NCBI RefSeq assembly: GCF_004765795.1
Contig: NZ_SBIV01000002.1
Location: forward strand, 372,001-436,000
DNA: 64,000 nucleotides
DNA from: Halorussus marinus
GTDB lineage: Archaea; Halobacteriota; Halobacteria; Halobacteriales; Haladaptataceae
Reading direction: 5' to 3'
Below are positions 9,923 to 18,582 of this stretch, piece after piece. Numbering within the stretch: the stretch's first letter is position 1; each line of letters opens with the position of its first letter. Below the pieces are notes generated by a model that saw only the letters and a list, made by a program, of their open reading frames with translations, was not told the origin of the DNA and ran no database searches. The translations under genes and the position numbers were made by a program.

Positions 9923-10798
9923 ATGGACGAACGGGCGGCACTGTCGGCGCTCGCCGATCGACTTTCGGCCGCGGGCGACGACGCCGCGGTCGTGGGCGAA
10001 CAGGTGCTGACGACCGACATGCTCCACGAGACGACCGACTTCCCCGACGGGACCGACCGGTACACCGCGGGCTGGCGGGCGGTCGGCGCGTCGCTGTCGG
10101 ACGTGGCCGCGATGGGCGCGGCGGCGACCGCCGCGGTCGCGGTGTACGCCGCGCCAGCGTTCGACCCCGAGGAGCTAGAGGCGTTCGTCGCGGGCGCGAG
10201 CGACGTCTGCGAAGCGGTCGGCGCAGAGTACGTCGGCGGCGATCTGGACGAGAGCCGGGAGTTCACGACCGCGACCACCGCGCTGGGCCGGACCGACGCC
10301 CCCGTCTTCCGGTCGGGCGCGAGCCCGGGCGAGGTCGTCTGTGTCACCGGCACGCTCGGCCGGAGCGGAGCCGCACTCGCGCTGTTCGACCGCGGCGAGT
10401 ACGAACGCGCCAACGGGCTGTTCCGGTTCGAGCCACGGGTCGCGGCGGGCCGGGCGGTCGCGCCGCGCGCGACCGCGATGATGGATTCGAGCGACGGGCT
10501 CGCGCGCTCGCTCCACCAGCTCGCGGCGGCGAGCGACTGCGGATTCTCGGTCGACTCGGAGTCGCTACCGGTCGACGAGTCGGTCCGGACGGTGGCCGAC
10601 GGGAGAGCCGAGCGCCGCGAGCTCTCGATCTTCTTTGGCGAGGACTTCGAACTGGTGTTCACGGCGCCCGAGGCCGAAGTTCCGGCGCTCAGAGAGGCCT
10701 CACCGACCCCGATCTCGGTGATCGGCGAGGCGACCGCCGCGGGCGTCGAACTCGACGGCGAGCCGCTGGCCGATCGCGGGTACACGCACGGAACGTAG
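9923..10798 (+). CDS. thiL: Thiamine-monophosphate kinase
   Basis: GDDAAV, TTDML, SLSDVAAMGA, VGGD, MDSSDGL, GEDFELVFT. Confidence 0.95.
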   Translation: MDERAALSALADRLSAAGDDAAVVGEQVLTTDMLHETTDFPDGTDRYTAGWRAVGASLSDVAAMGAAATAAVAVYAAPAFDPEELEAFVAGASDVCEAVGAEYVGGDLDESREFTTATTALGRTDAPVFRSGASPGEVVCVTGTLGRSGAALALFDRGEYERANGLFRFEPRVAAGRAVAPRATAMMDSSDGLARSLHQLAAASDCGFSVDSESLPVDESVRTVADGRAERRELSIFFGEDFELVFTAPEAEVPALREASPTPISVIGEATAAGVELDGEPLADRGYTHGT

Positions 10799-10817
10799 CC
10801 GAGAACCGACCGAGGGG

Positions 10818-11936
10818 TTACGTGATGATCTCGATCGGGACCGGCGTGAAACACAGCACGCCGAACACGAGCGTCAGGAGACCGACCAGCTTCCGGCGCG
10901 TATCGAGCCCGTCGTCGTCGATCGGCGTCGCGGGCCCGACGTAGGCGACCCACGTCGCGAGCAGTCCCCAGAACACCCACAGCACCGAGGCGTTGGAGAC
11001 CTGTTTGACGTAGAAGACGTACGCCGCGAGCCCGAACAGCGCGACCGGGACGAGCGCGGCGATGCGCTCTTGGTGCTCGCCGAGGATCGCGCGGACGATG
11101 TGGCCCCCGTCGAGTTGGCCGACCGGGATGAGGTTGAGGAAGGTGACGAACATCCCGACCCAGCCGCCGATGACGACGGGGTTGATCGCCTTCGTGGGGT
11201 CGGCGTAGCTCACTTGCTCGCCCATGATCGAGGCGATGAGCGTCAGGAGCGGCGGGTAGCCGAACTCGATCTGGATCGTGTTGGGGTTGTCGACGAGCCC
11301 CGGCGGGACGTCGATCGGCCCCATGGCGAGCCCGATCGCGGTGACGGCGACGGTCGCGACCAGCCCCGCGATCGGCCCGGCGACCCCGATGTCGAACAGC
11401 GCCTCGCGGTCGGGCATGTGGCCTTTCATCCGGATGACCGCGCCCATCGTGCCGATGAGCGTCGGCATCGGGATGAAGTACGGCAGGCTCGCCTCGACGC
11501 CGTGGTACCGAGTCATCACGTAGTGGCCGAGCTCGTGGGTGAGCAAGACGCCGATGACCGCGGCGGCGAACGGCCACGCTTCGAGGAGCGCGAGGGGGTC
11601 GGCCGCGACGTCGATGTGGTACCACGCGGCCCCGGCGTACAGCGTCGAGAGCGCGGTCAACACGAACAAGAGTACGTTCGTCCACGGGATCCCGTCGATG
11701 CTCGTGTCCGAGGGTTCGGCCACGAGGACGTACTCGCCGGTGCGCGTCGAGAGCTGGACCTCGTAGCCGTGTTCGCGAAACAGCGGCCACACGGCGTCCA
11801 TGAGCTGGTCCTGCGCGACGAGCGGTTCCCCGAAGTACACCAGTTGGTCGCCCTCGCGGCGGGCCTCGTACACCCGGAACACGCCGCGCAATCGCTCCGG
11901 CGACGGACCGTCGGCGGGCGGGGCGTTCGAACCCAT
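10818..11936 (-). CDS. Site-2 protease family (M50) intramembrane metalloprotease
   Basis: THELGH, DIGVAGPIAG, NLIPVGQLDGGH motifs. Confidence 0.93.
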   Translation of the reverse strand: MGSNAPPADGPSPERLRGVFRVYEARREGDQLVYFGEPLVAQDQLMDAVWPLFREHGYEVQLSTRTGEYVLVAEPSDTSIDGIPWTNVLLFVLTALSTLYAGAAWYHIDVAADPLALLEAWPFAAAVIGVLLTHELGHYVMTRYHGVEASLPYFIPMPTLIGTMGAVIRMKGHMPDREALFDIGVAGPIAGLVATVAVTAIGLAMGPIDVPPGLVDNPNTIQIEFGYPPLLTLIASIMGEQVSYADPTKAINPVVIGGWVGMFVTFLNLIPVGQLDGGHIVRAILGEHQERIAALVPVALFGLAAYVFYVKQVSNASVLWVFWGLLATWVAYVGPATPIDDDGLDTRRKLVGLLTLVFGVLCFTPVPIEIIT

Positions 11937-11986
11937 TCGGTTACGAGGTACGGCGCGGGCGTTGATAAACCCCCTGACAGCGCCGA

Positions 11987-12940
11987 CTAAATCACCGCAC
12001 CCGACTGCAACACCGCGATGAGGACGGTCAGCGTGCCCACGCTGGCGAGCGTGCTGGCGAAGATGGCGGTGCTGAGATACTCCGGGCCGGAGACGCCGAC
12101 CGCGCCCTCGTCGTACTCGATCGAGAGGATGAGCGGCGTGATGGCCGCGGGCATCGCGGCTTCGAGCACGAACACCCGCGCGACCGTCGAGTCCGCCCCG
12201 AGACCGACCGCGAACGCGACCGCGACGCCGACCGCCGGCGCGACCACGAGCTTCAGGCCGTTCGAGACGGCGACCCGCGAGAGCGCGGCGCCGTGGCGGG
12301 TGTTGGCGAGCTGGATCCCGAGGATGAGCAACATGACGGGGATCGCAGAATCGCCGACGAGCCGCAGGGTCTCCATCGCGGCGGTGTCGGTCGGCGGGAC
12401 GGCGTCGAACCACCGCGCGAGCCCCGCGATCGCGACCGCGTACACAAGCGGGAGCCTGAACACCTCCGCGACGGCGCCGCCAGCGGTCGTGGTTCCGCTC
12501 CGGGACGCGACGTAGACCCCGACGGTGTACATCAGCACCGACTGGCCCGCGATAAAGAGCACCGCGGTCGAGCGCCCGACCGCGCCGAACGCGAACGCCG
12601 CGAGCGGGATACCGTAGTTGCCCGCATTGGGGAACGACGACGAGAGGACTATCGCGCCCAGTACGGGTTCGGACTCCCCGAGCAGGCGACCGACGCCCTC
12701 CGCGAGCAGAACCATCACGAAGGTGAACGCGACGACGCCCCCGACGACCCGCGCGGCGACTTCGCCCGACAGCGACGAGGTCGCGAGGCTGTAAAACACC
12801 AGCGACGGGGTGAGGACGTAGATGGTGATCGTCCCGAGCGCGTCGACGTCGACGTCGCGGGTCTTGCCGAGCACGAATCCGACGGCCGCCACCGACAACA
12901 CCGGCAGGATGGCGGTCGTGAGCGCCGAGACGAGTGACAC
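11987..12940 (-). CDS. AEC (auxin efflux carrier) family transporter
   Basis: About 10 TM helices; FPNAGNYGIP; AIPVMLLILG; EAAMPAAI; GTG start. Confidence 0.9.
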   Translation of the reverse strand: MSLVSALTTAILPVLSVAAVGFVLGKTRDVDVDALGTITIYVLTPSLVFYSLATSSLSGEVAARVVGGVVAFTFVMVLLAEGVGRLLGESEPVLGAIVLSSSFPNAGNYGIPLAAFAFGAVGRSTAVLFIAGQSVLMYTVGVYVASRSGTTTAGGAVAEVFRLPLVYAVAIAGLARWFDAVPPTDTAAMETLRLVGDSAIPVMLLILGIQLANTRHGAALSRVAVSNGLKLVVAPAVGVAVAFAVGLGADSTVARVFVLEAAMPAAITPLILSIEYDEGAVGVSGPEYLSTAIFASTLASVGTLTVLIAVLQSGAVI

Positions 12941-13054
12941 GCCAGAAGCGTCTCGGCGGGCGGTTACAAACCTATCGAAGCCAGCGATCGCTACCGGCTC
13001 GAAAGCGGGGAAGAAGGGACCAGTCGGGCGGCGGTGCGACGCGACCCCGGGGAG

Positions 13055-13306
13055 TCAGGCGGGGGCGATGCGCCAGGTCGTCGCGCTCGTGTACGACCAC
13101 TTCTCGATCTCGAGGTCGGTCGCCGAGTCTTTGAGCTTCACCATCAGCGCGCCGATCTCCTTGGCGGAGAGGTCGACTTCGTCGGCGATGAACTTGCTCT
13201 TGAAGTACATCTCCCCGTCGTCGGCCTTGCGCTGGAGGAACTGCTTGAGCCGCTGTTCCTTCGACTGCGGTTCGGGGGTTTCGGAGGGCTTCGTGGTTGC
13301 GCTCAT
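13055..13306 (-). CDS. Small conserved haloarchaeal winged-helix-like protein
   Basis: YFKSKFIADEVDLSAKEIGALM...IEKWSYTSATTW signature; TATA-like TTTATAAC about 30 bp upstream. Confidence 0.8.
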   Translation of the reverse strand: MSATTKPSETPEPQSKEQRLKQFLQRKADDGEMYFKSKFIADEVDLSAKEIGALMVKLKDSATDLEIEKWSYTSATTWRIAPA

Positions 13307-13543
13307 GCCTCGTTTCTCCTTTGACACCAGGGGGTGTTATAAAGAGGAGACGGTTAGCGTAGTTTTCCGAGCGTTCGCATTTTGAATCCGACACGACAGG
13401 GGAAAATGGGGTGAAACGCTCGTTTTACGACGTTTTCTGAGTCCCGCAAAAAGTTCAAAAGATCTTCTCACACTTTCTTTCTACAGACTATTTTCTTGTC
13501 GTAAAGTCGTGCTAACGTCTGACGTTCGGCGGCGCGACCGGAG

Positions 13544-14329
13544 TCACGACCGCTCGTGGACCCAGAACTGCTCGTCGGTCGTGACCTCCTTCTTGAAGAT
13601 CGGTACCTCGTCTTTGAGGCGGTTGATCCCGTCCTCGACCGTGCGGAACGCCTCCTCGCGGTGACCGGCCAGCACCACGACGAAGACGATGTCCTCGCCG
13701 TACTCGATGACGCCGGTCCGGTGGTACAGCAACACGTCGAACACGCCGTCGCGGTCTTCGAGTTCCGACTCGATGGCGGTCATCCGCTCCTCGGCGACGC
13801 CCTCGTACTTCTCGAACTCGAGGTACTCGGTCGGCTCGTCGTCGTCGTCGTCCTTCGCGCGAACCCGGCCGGTGAAGGTGGCGATGGCGCCCGAAAAGGG
13901 GGCGTCGGCCGAGCGCTTCGCTTCGGCGACCAGCGATTCGAGGGTCTCGTAGGGCTCGGTCGCATCGAGGCGCGCCCGGACCTCGGCGGGGTCGAGGTCC
14001 GCGGGTTCGGCCGCCTCCACCAGCGCCGTCCCGCGGGCAGACGCGTCGCCGACGATCACCTGCGGGACGTCGGCTTCGGGGAATCCCGCGAGGACGGCGT
14101 AGTCGTACTCCGGGGCGAGGTCCTCGAGGAGGTCCGAGAGCGATCGGTCCCGACCCGACGCCCGCCACCCGTCCTCGCCGAACTGGACTCTCGTGTCTCC
14201 CGGCGCTCCGTCCTCGATGTCGGGATGCTCGCGCGTCACGACCGCGACCCGTTCGTCCCCGCCGAACTGCTCCGCCAAGTCGTCGGCGATCGCGCGCGCC
14301 GACTCGCCGACGACGCCCAGCACGTACAT
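13544..14329 (-). CDS. moaE: Molybdopterin synthase catalytic subunit with degenerate N-terminal MobB-like domain
   Basis: GAIATFTGRVR, LEFEKY, HRTG, AGHREEAF, LKDEVPIFKKE. Confidence 0.9.
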   Translation of the reverse strand: MYVLGVVGESARAIADDLAEQFGGDERVAVVTREHPDIEDGAPGDTRVQFGEDGWRASGRDRSLSDLLEDLAPEYDYAVLAGFPEADVPQVIVGDASARGTALVEAAEPADLDPAEVRARLDATEPYETLESLVAEAKRSADAPFSGAIATFTGRVRAKDDDDDEPTEYLEFEKYEGVAEERMTAIESELEDRDGVFDVLLYHRTGVIEYGEDIVFVVVLAGHREEAFRTVEDGINRLKDEVPIFKKEVTTDEQFWVHERS

Positions 14330-14391
14330 AGACGCACCATGGGCCGGGGCGCGCTTGTAGCCTTCGGTGATCGAGGACCGCCGATGGACCG

Positions 14392-16026
14392 CTACTGGTA
14401 GCGGCCCCGGCCCTCGATCGCCGCTAACTGCGCGAGCACGTCCGGGTCCCCGGCCTCGGCGTACGCGTCCGCGAACGTCTCGCGGAGCGTTGGGGCGTCG
14501 TCGGCCGTCCCGTCGAGGCTCTGGCCGAAGACGTGGAGGTCCATCGCGTAGTCCTCGACGTCGTCGGTGTAGTAGCCGAGCCCGAAATCGATGAGATACG
14601 TCCGGCCGGCGTCCGGGCCGCCGGTCGGCCGCCCGACCCGGACGTTCCGGGTCGTCGGATCGCCGTGGACGAACCCCGCGCGGTGGATCGCGGCGAGGTG
14701 ACGGGCGACCGCCCGGACTCGATCGGGCGTTAGATCGTCTCGGAGGTCGGTCGCGCCCACGCGCTCGAAGACGATCGTCCCCTCGACGGGGTCGACGTCG
14801 TAGACGACCGGCGTGGGGACGCCGTGACTGCGCGCCTCGCTGGTGAGTCGGGCTTCGAGGACCGTCCGGTCGCGCCGGAGCCGCGCGTCGAGATCGGGAT
14901 GGCGGTAGCGTTTGGGCAGGCGGCGCTTGGTGACCCGTTCGGGACCGATCTCGACGGTCGCCTCGGCGCCCTGTCGCTCGTCGCGACCCGGGCGTCGGCG
15001 CGCGACCGACTCGTCGGCCGAGCGCCACGAGACCTCGACCTGATCCGGCCGGAAATTCGGGTCGACCGCCGACGCCTCGACGCCGATCGTGTCGCCGGCC
15101 CGCGCCATCTCGGCGCCGAGCACCGCGATCATCCCGGCGTTGTCCCGGAGGAATCGGGGCTCGGGCGCGTAGAAGTCGGCCCCGCGCTGGTCGCACATCG
15201 ACGCGAGCATCGCCCGAAGGCGGTCGTTCTGTCCGACGCCGCCCCCGAGGACGAGCTCGTCGCTCCCGGTCAGCGACAGCGCGCGCTCGGCGACCTCAGT
15301 CAGCATGGCGAAGACGTTCTCCTGGAGCGAGAAACAGACGTCCTCGACCGGGACGCCCTGTTTGTAGGCGTCTTTCGCGGCGCTCATGATCCCCGAAAAC
15401 GAGAAGTCCATTCCCTTGACGACGTACGGGAGGTCGACGTACTCGCCGTCTTTGGCCGCCGCCTCGACCTTCGGGCCGCCGGGGTGGGACCACCCGACGT
15501 GGCGGGTGAACTTATCGAGGGCGTTGCCGACGCCGGTGTCCATCGTCTCGCCGAGGACGCGGTATCGGCCGTTGCGGTAGCCCAGAACGTGTGCGTTCGC
15601 GCCCGAGGCGTTCAGACAGACCGGCGAGTCGAACCCGGACTGCTGGCGGCCGATCTCGAGGTGGGCCACCATGTGGTTGACCCCGACCAGCGGCACGTCG
15701 AGGGCGCCGGCCAGCGCGCGGGCGGCCGTGCCGACGGTTCGCAGACACGGGCCGAGCCCGGGCCCGCGCGAGAACGCGACCGCGTCGATCGGGCCGTCGG
15801 CCGCCTCGAGCGCGGTCTCGACGACCGCCGGGACGGCGTCGCTCATGTGCTCGGCCGCCTCGCGGGGGTGAATGCCGCCGCTGTCTGGCTGGTACGCGTC
15901 GGTCTCGATAAAAACCGAGTCGGGATCGACCGCCGACGCGCCGTCGGTCGGGTCGCTCACGCAGACGGCCGCGCTGGCCGCCCACGCGGTTCCCTCGATA
16001 CCGAGGACGCGCAGTCGCTCGCTCAC
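14392..16026 (-). CDS. kae1: Bifunctional t6A synthase Kae1 / Bud32 kinase (KEOPS)
   Basis: LGIEGTA, GGIHPREAA, VNHMVAHLE, GETMD, DNAGMIA; C-terminal kinase HGDPTTRN, LIDFGLG. Confidence 0.96.
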   Translation of the reverse strand: MSERLRVLGIEGTAWAASAAVCVSDPTDGASAVDPDSVFIETDAYQPDSGGIHPREAAEHMSDAVPAVVETALEAADGPIDAVAFSRGPGLGPCLRTVGTAARALAGALDVPLVGVNHMVAHLEIGRQQSGFDSPVCLNASGANAHVLGYRNGRYRVLGETMDTGVGNALDKFTRHVGWSHPGGPKVEAAAKDGEYVDLPYVVKGMDFSFSGIMSAAKDAYKQGVPVEDVCFSLQENVFAMLTEVAERALSLTGSDELVLGGGVGQNDRLRAMLASMCDQRGADFYAPEPRFLRDNAGMIAVLGAEMARAGDTIGVEASAVDPNFRPDQVEVSWRSADESVARRRPGRDERQGAEATVEIGPERVTKRRLPKRYRHPDLDARLRRDRTVLEARLTSEARSHGVPTPVVYDVDPVEGTIVFERVGATDLRDDLTPDRVRAVARHLAAIHRAGFVHGDPTTRNVRVGRPTGGPDAGRTYLIDFGLGYYTDDVEDYAMDLHVFGQSLDGTADDAPTLRETFADAYAEAGDPDVLAQLAAIEGRGRYQ

Positions 16027-16086
16027 GGCTCCCCGCTCACCGCTCGGTCGGTCACGGTGCGCCGCGCCCCGAACCGGAGCATCGCC

Positions 16087-16221
16087 TTACTTCCACTCGG
16101 TGTACCCGCACCGACCGCAGTGGAGGCGGTCGCCGTGGTCGGCGAGGAACGAGTCGCCACACCGGGTACACTGCTCGCGGTCCGTGGTGCCGTCGTCGTT
16201 GTAGAGTTCGTGTCGCGCCAT
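16087..16221 (-). CDS. rps27ae: 30S ribosomal protein S27ae (44 aa, below ORF-track cutoff)
   Basis: Manual translation [44 protein letters not shown]; start overlaps the rps24e stop. Confidence 0.95.
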   Translation of the reverse strand: MARHELYNDDGTTDREQCTRCGDSFLADHGDRLHCGRCGYTEWK

Positions 16222-16538
16222 TATTCGGCCTCCTCGGGGTCGGCCTCGCCGTCGGCTTCGGCGGTGATCTTGTTGCGTTCGAGCATGTGGTCCTGCTCGA
16301 CGTCGCGGGCGTGCTCGGGGCTCTCGTAGACTTTGGCGTAGCCGACCGTCTTGCGCATCCCGAACTTGGTGTTCATCTCGTGGACCACGACCTCGCTCGA
16401 ATCCTTGTCGAGCTTCGCGGCGAGGCTGTCGCGGACCGACAGCCGCGAGGGGGTCGCTTCGTCGTGGACGATCTGGAACCGCACTTCGGACCGGTGGAGC
16501 ATCGGGTTCTGCTCCTCGGAGAGGATTTCGACTTCCAT
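16221..16538 (-). CDS. rps24e: 30S ribosomal protein S24e
   Basis: [39 protein letters not shown]. Confidence 0.97.
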   Translation of the reverse strand: MEVEILSEEQNPMLHRSEVRFQIVHDEATPSRLSVRDSLAAKLDKDSSEVVVHEMNTKFGMRKTVGYAKVYESPEHARDVEQDHMLERNKITAEADGEADPEEAE

Positions 16539-16597
16539 GTGTACTCAGTTACTCACTTATACTCCTCGTAGCGTGTAAAAGGATTTCGAACGACCAA

Positions 16598-16814
16598 CGA
16601 CCTTTTGCTGCGGGCGGCGCCTGAACGCGCCGCCCTTGCAAAACGTCGATGAAAAGCACTTCGTCACCGCCTCACGAGCGCCGGAGGCGCTCGTTCGACG
16701 GTTCCTCGGCCCGCTCGCTCGTCGTGATCCGAGAGAGCGACGCTCTCTCGTCATCACGAAAGGCAGTGCCTTTCGAACGACTACGCTCCTCGCTCGCGGT
16801 ACGGCAACTGGTGC
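16598..16814. repeat. Dispersed palindromic intergenic element, copy A
   Basis: 16712-16792 is identical to 41948-42028; shared 5' CGACCTTTTRCTGCG; multiple hairpins; outer boundaries approximate. Confidence 0.85.
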
Positions 16815-16871
16815 GACGACTGAATTGTCGAGCATCGCGTACACCCGCCGGAAATCCGCGTCCAGCGTTCG

Positions 16872-17423
16872 CTACTCGCCGTCCAGGATACCGAGCGCCG
16901 CCGCGGCGTCGCCGTCCATCCGTCTCAACAGGTCGCGCATCTCTGCCTTGCGCTCGTCGGTCACGGTCGCGTGGACCATTCCCTCGCCCGGCTGGCCGTA
17001 GACCACGCTCGCGCCGGCCGGCGCGAGGGCGATCGCGGGCAGCGTCGCGAGGTCTTCTTCGCCGTCGACGACGACGATCGTCGGCTCGGAGTCGGCGAGC
17101 GCGTCCCGGAGCGCGACGAGCAACTCGCGGGTCAGGGTCGCCGCGGGATTCTCGACGCGGACTTCGCGGGCGGTCTCGCGGAGGCGGGCGACCTCCTCGC
17201 CGACCGACTCGGAGACAGCCTCACGCTCGGTCAGTCCGTCCACGACCGCGACGTCCGGGGCGGCTCCGGCCGCCGCGAGGTGGGCGGTCACCACGTCGCC
17301 GACCGCGATGAGGGGGCCGCCCGCCGCGGCCACCAGCGGCTCGGCGTCGGTGAAGATCCGCCCAAGCGGCGCTTTGAGCTCGCCGCGGAGCTCGTCGGGC
17401 AAGACGAGGAGGGCGTCGCTCAC
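16872..17423 (-). CDS. GTP-dependent dephospho-CoA kinase (DUF359 family)
   Basis: LKAPLG, AVGDVVT, VVDGLTER, NPAATLT, VDGEEDLA, YGQPGEG; position after spt4. Confidence 0.92.
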   Translation of the reverse strand: MSDALLVLPDELRGELKAPLGRIFTDAEPLVAAAGGPLIAVGDVVTAHLAAAGAAPDVAVVDGLTEREAVSESVGEEVARLRETAREVRVENPAATLTRELLVALRDALADSEPTIVVVDGEEDLATLPAIALAPAGASVVYGQPGEGMVHATVTDERKAEMRDLLRRMDGDAAAALGILDGE

Positions 17424-17427
17424 GGCT

Positions 17428-17625
17428 CTACCGGACTTTCAGCGCGTACTTGCCCGGCTGGGTGACTTCCATCTCGACGGCGATCTCGCTCTCGTCGGGA
17501 TGGGCGACGATGACGTATCCGGCCCAGTCCTCGGTGAGGCTGGTCGACCCGCAGATCGGGCAGGTGTCCTGATCGGGCTCGGCGACGGCGTGACATTCGC
17601 GGCAGGCGAGTCGGTCACTGGCCAT
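17428..17625 (-). CDS. spt4: Transcription elongation factor Spt4 (RpoE'')
   Basis: ACRECH..CPICGS zinc ribbon; DWAGYVI; PGKYALKVR. Confidence 0.96.
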   Translation of the reverse strand: MASDRLACRECHAVAEPDQDTCPICGSTSLTEDWAGYVIVAHPDESEIAVEMEVTQPGKYALKVR

Positions 17626-17627
17626 CG

Positions 17628-18200
17628 TTACTCACTCTCGGTGGTCGCCTGGCGCTTCTCGCGGTCCTCTTTCAGCCAGCCGTGTTTGCCCAGTCCGACC
17701 TGCTTTGCGGTGAGGCCGATCTTGCTCTCGCGGGGGTTGCGCTCGTCGATGCTCTTGGTGACGATGCGCGCCCGGACCGAGTCGCCGACCCCGAGCGTGC
17801 GGTTCGACTCGCGGGAGGCGAGCATCTGGCCCTCCTCGTCGTACGCGAGGTACTCGTCGGAGATCTGAGAGACGTGGAGCAGTCCGTCGACCGGACCGAT
17901 GCCGACGAACGCGCCGAAGTTGACGACCTCGACGATCTCGCCGTCGACGACCTCCTGCATCTTCGGGTCGTAGGTGACGGCGTCGAACTCCGCCTCGTAG
18001 TAGACGCCGGGGCGGTTTGGCAACACCGCGCCGTCGCCGATGTCGTGGACCTCGGTGACGCTGACGACGCTACCCGCGTCCTCGTCCATCCGACCTTCGA
18101 GTTTGTCCTGGAGCAGTCGCTTCACTAGCTTCGGCGTGACCTCCGCGAGGTGCTTTGGGGGCACCTCGACCGTATCTTTGAGTCTGACCCGTTTGTACAT
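17628..18200 (-). CDS. rpoE1: RNA polymerase subunit Rpo7 (E')
   Basis: MYKRVRLKDTVEVPP; S1 domain FGAFVGIGPVDGLLHVSQI; GLGKHGWL. Confidence 0.97.
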   Translation of the reverse strand: MYKRVRLKDTVEVPPKHLAEVTPKLVKRLLQDKLEGRMDEDAGSVVSVTEVHDIGDGAVLPNRPGVYYEAEFDAVTYDPKMQEVVDGEIVEVVNFGAFVGIGPVDGLLHVSQISDEYLAYDEEGQMLASRESNRTLGVGDSVRARIVTKSIDERNPRESKIGLTAKQVGLGKHGWLKEDREKRQATTESE

Positions 18201-18201
18201 G

Positions 18202-18582
18202 CTAAAGTTTGCTGATTTCGAGTTTGTTCCGGCCCCTTATATGAATTACCGGTGTGCCCGCGTCGAGCACGCGCCGTTTCAACGGGGCGTCGTTCGTGAC
18301 GACGTAGTCGACCTCGTCTGCGAGTTCGACCAGCGCGTCGTCGGCGTACGATTCGTCGTGATCGACGGTCCGACAGCGGTCGGCCGCCAGGTCCGCGCCG
18401 ACGCTCGCGGCGACGGCTTCCTGTCCGGCGCCGTCCGCGAGCTTCGACAGCTCGTCGCGGACGGCGCGGGGGACGACGCACTCGAACTCGCCCAGCAGGC
18501 GGTCGAGTTCGTCGAAGACCCGCACGTCGCACTCGATCGGCATCATGAGTGCGCTCGTGTCGAAGGCGACCGCGTCGGCCAT
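18202..18582 (-). CDS. PIN-domain protein (Fcf1/Utp24-like)
   Basis: FDTSAL, VRDEL, ADDAL, VVTND acidic residues; conserved position after aIF2gamma. Confidence 0.9.
   Translation of the reverse strand: MADAVAFDTSALMMPIECDVRVFDELDRLLGEFECVVPRAVRDELSKLADGAGQEAVAASVGADLAADRCRTVDHDESYADDALVELADEVDYVVTNDAPLKRRVLDAGTPVIHIRGRNKLEISKL

Noticed and set aside
13310..13512. AT-rich tract as a replication origin
   Set aside because: No orc1/cdc6 gene nearby and no recognisable ORB repeats with G-strings
16712..16792. 81-bp branched core as a tRNA
   Set aside because: No T-loop/D-loop consensus or 7-nt anticodon loop; the hairpins have 1-nt spacers
16557..16844. ORF-track ORFs over the repeat copies (also 41857-42090)
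   Set aside because: Arg/Ser-rich translations of the palindromic element; no coding signature
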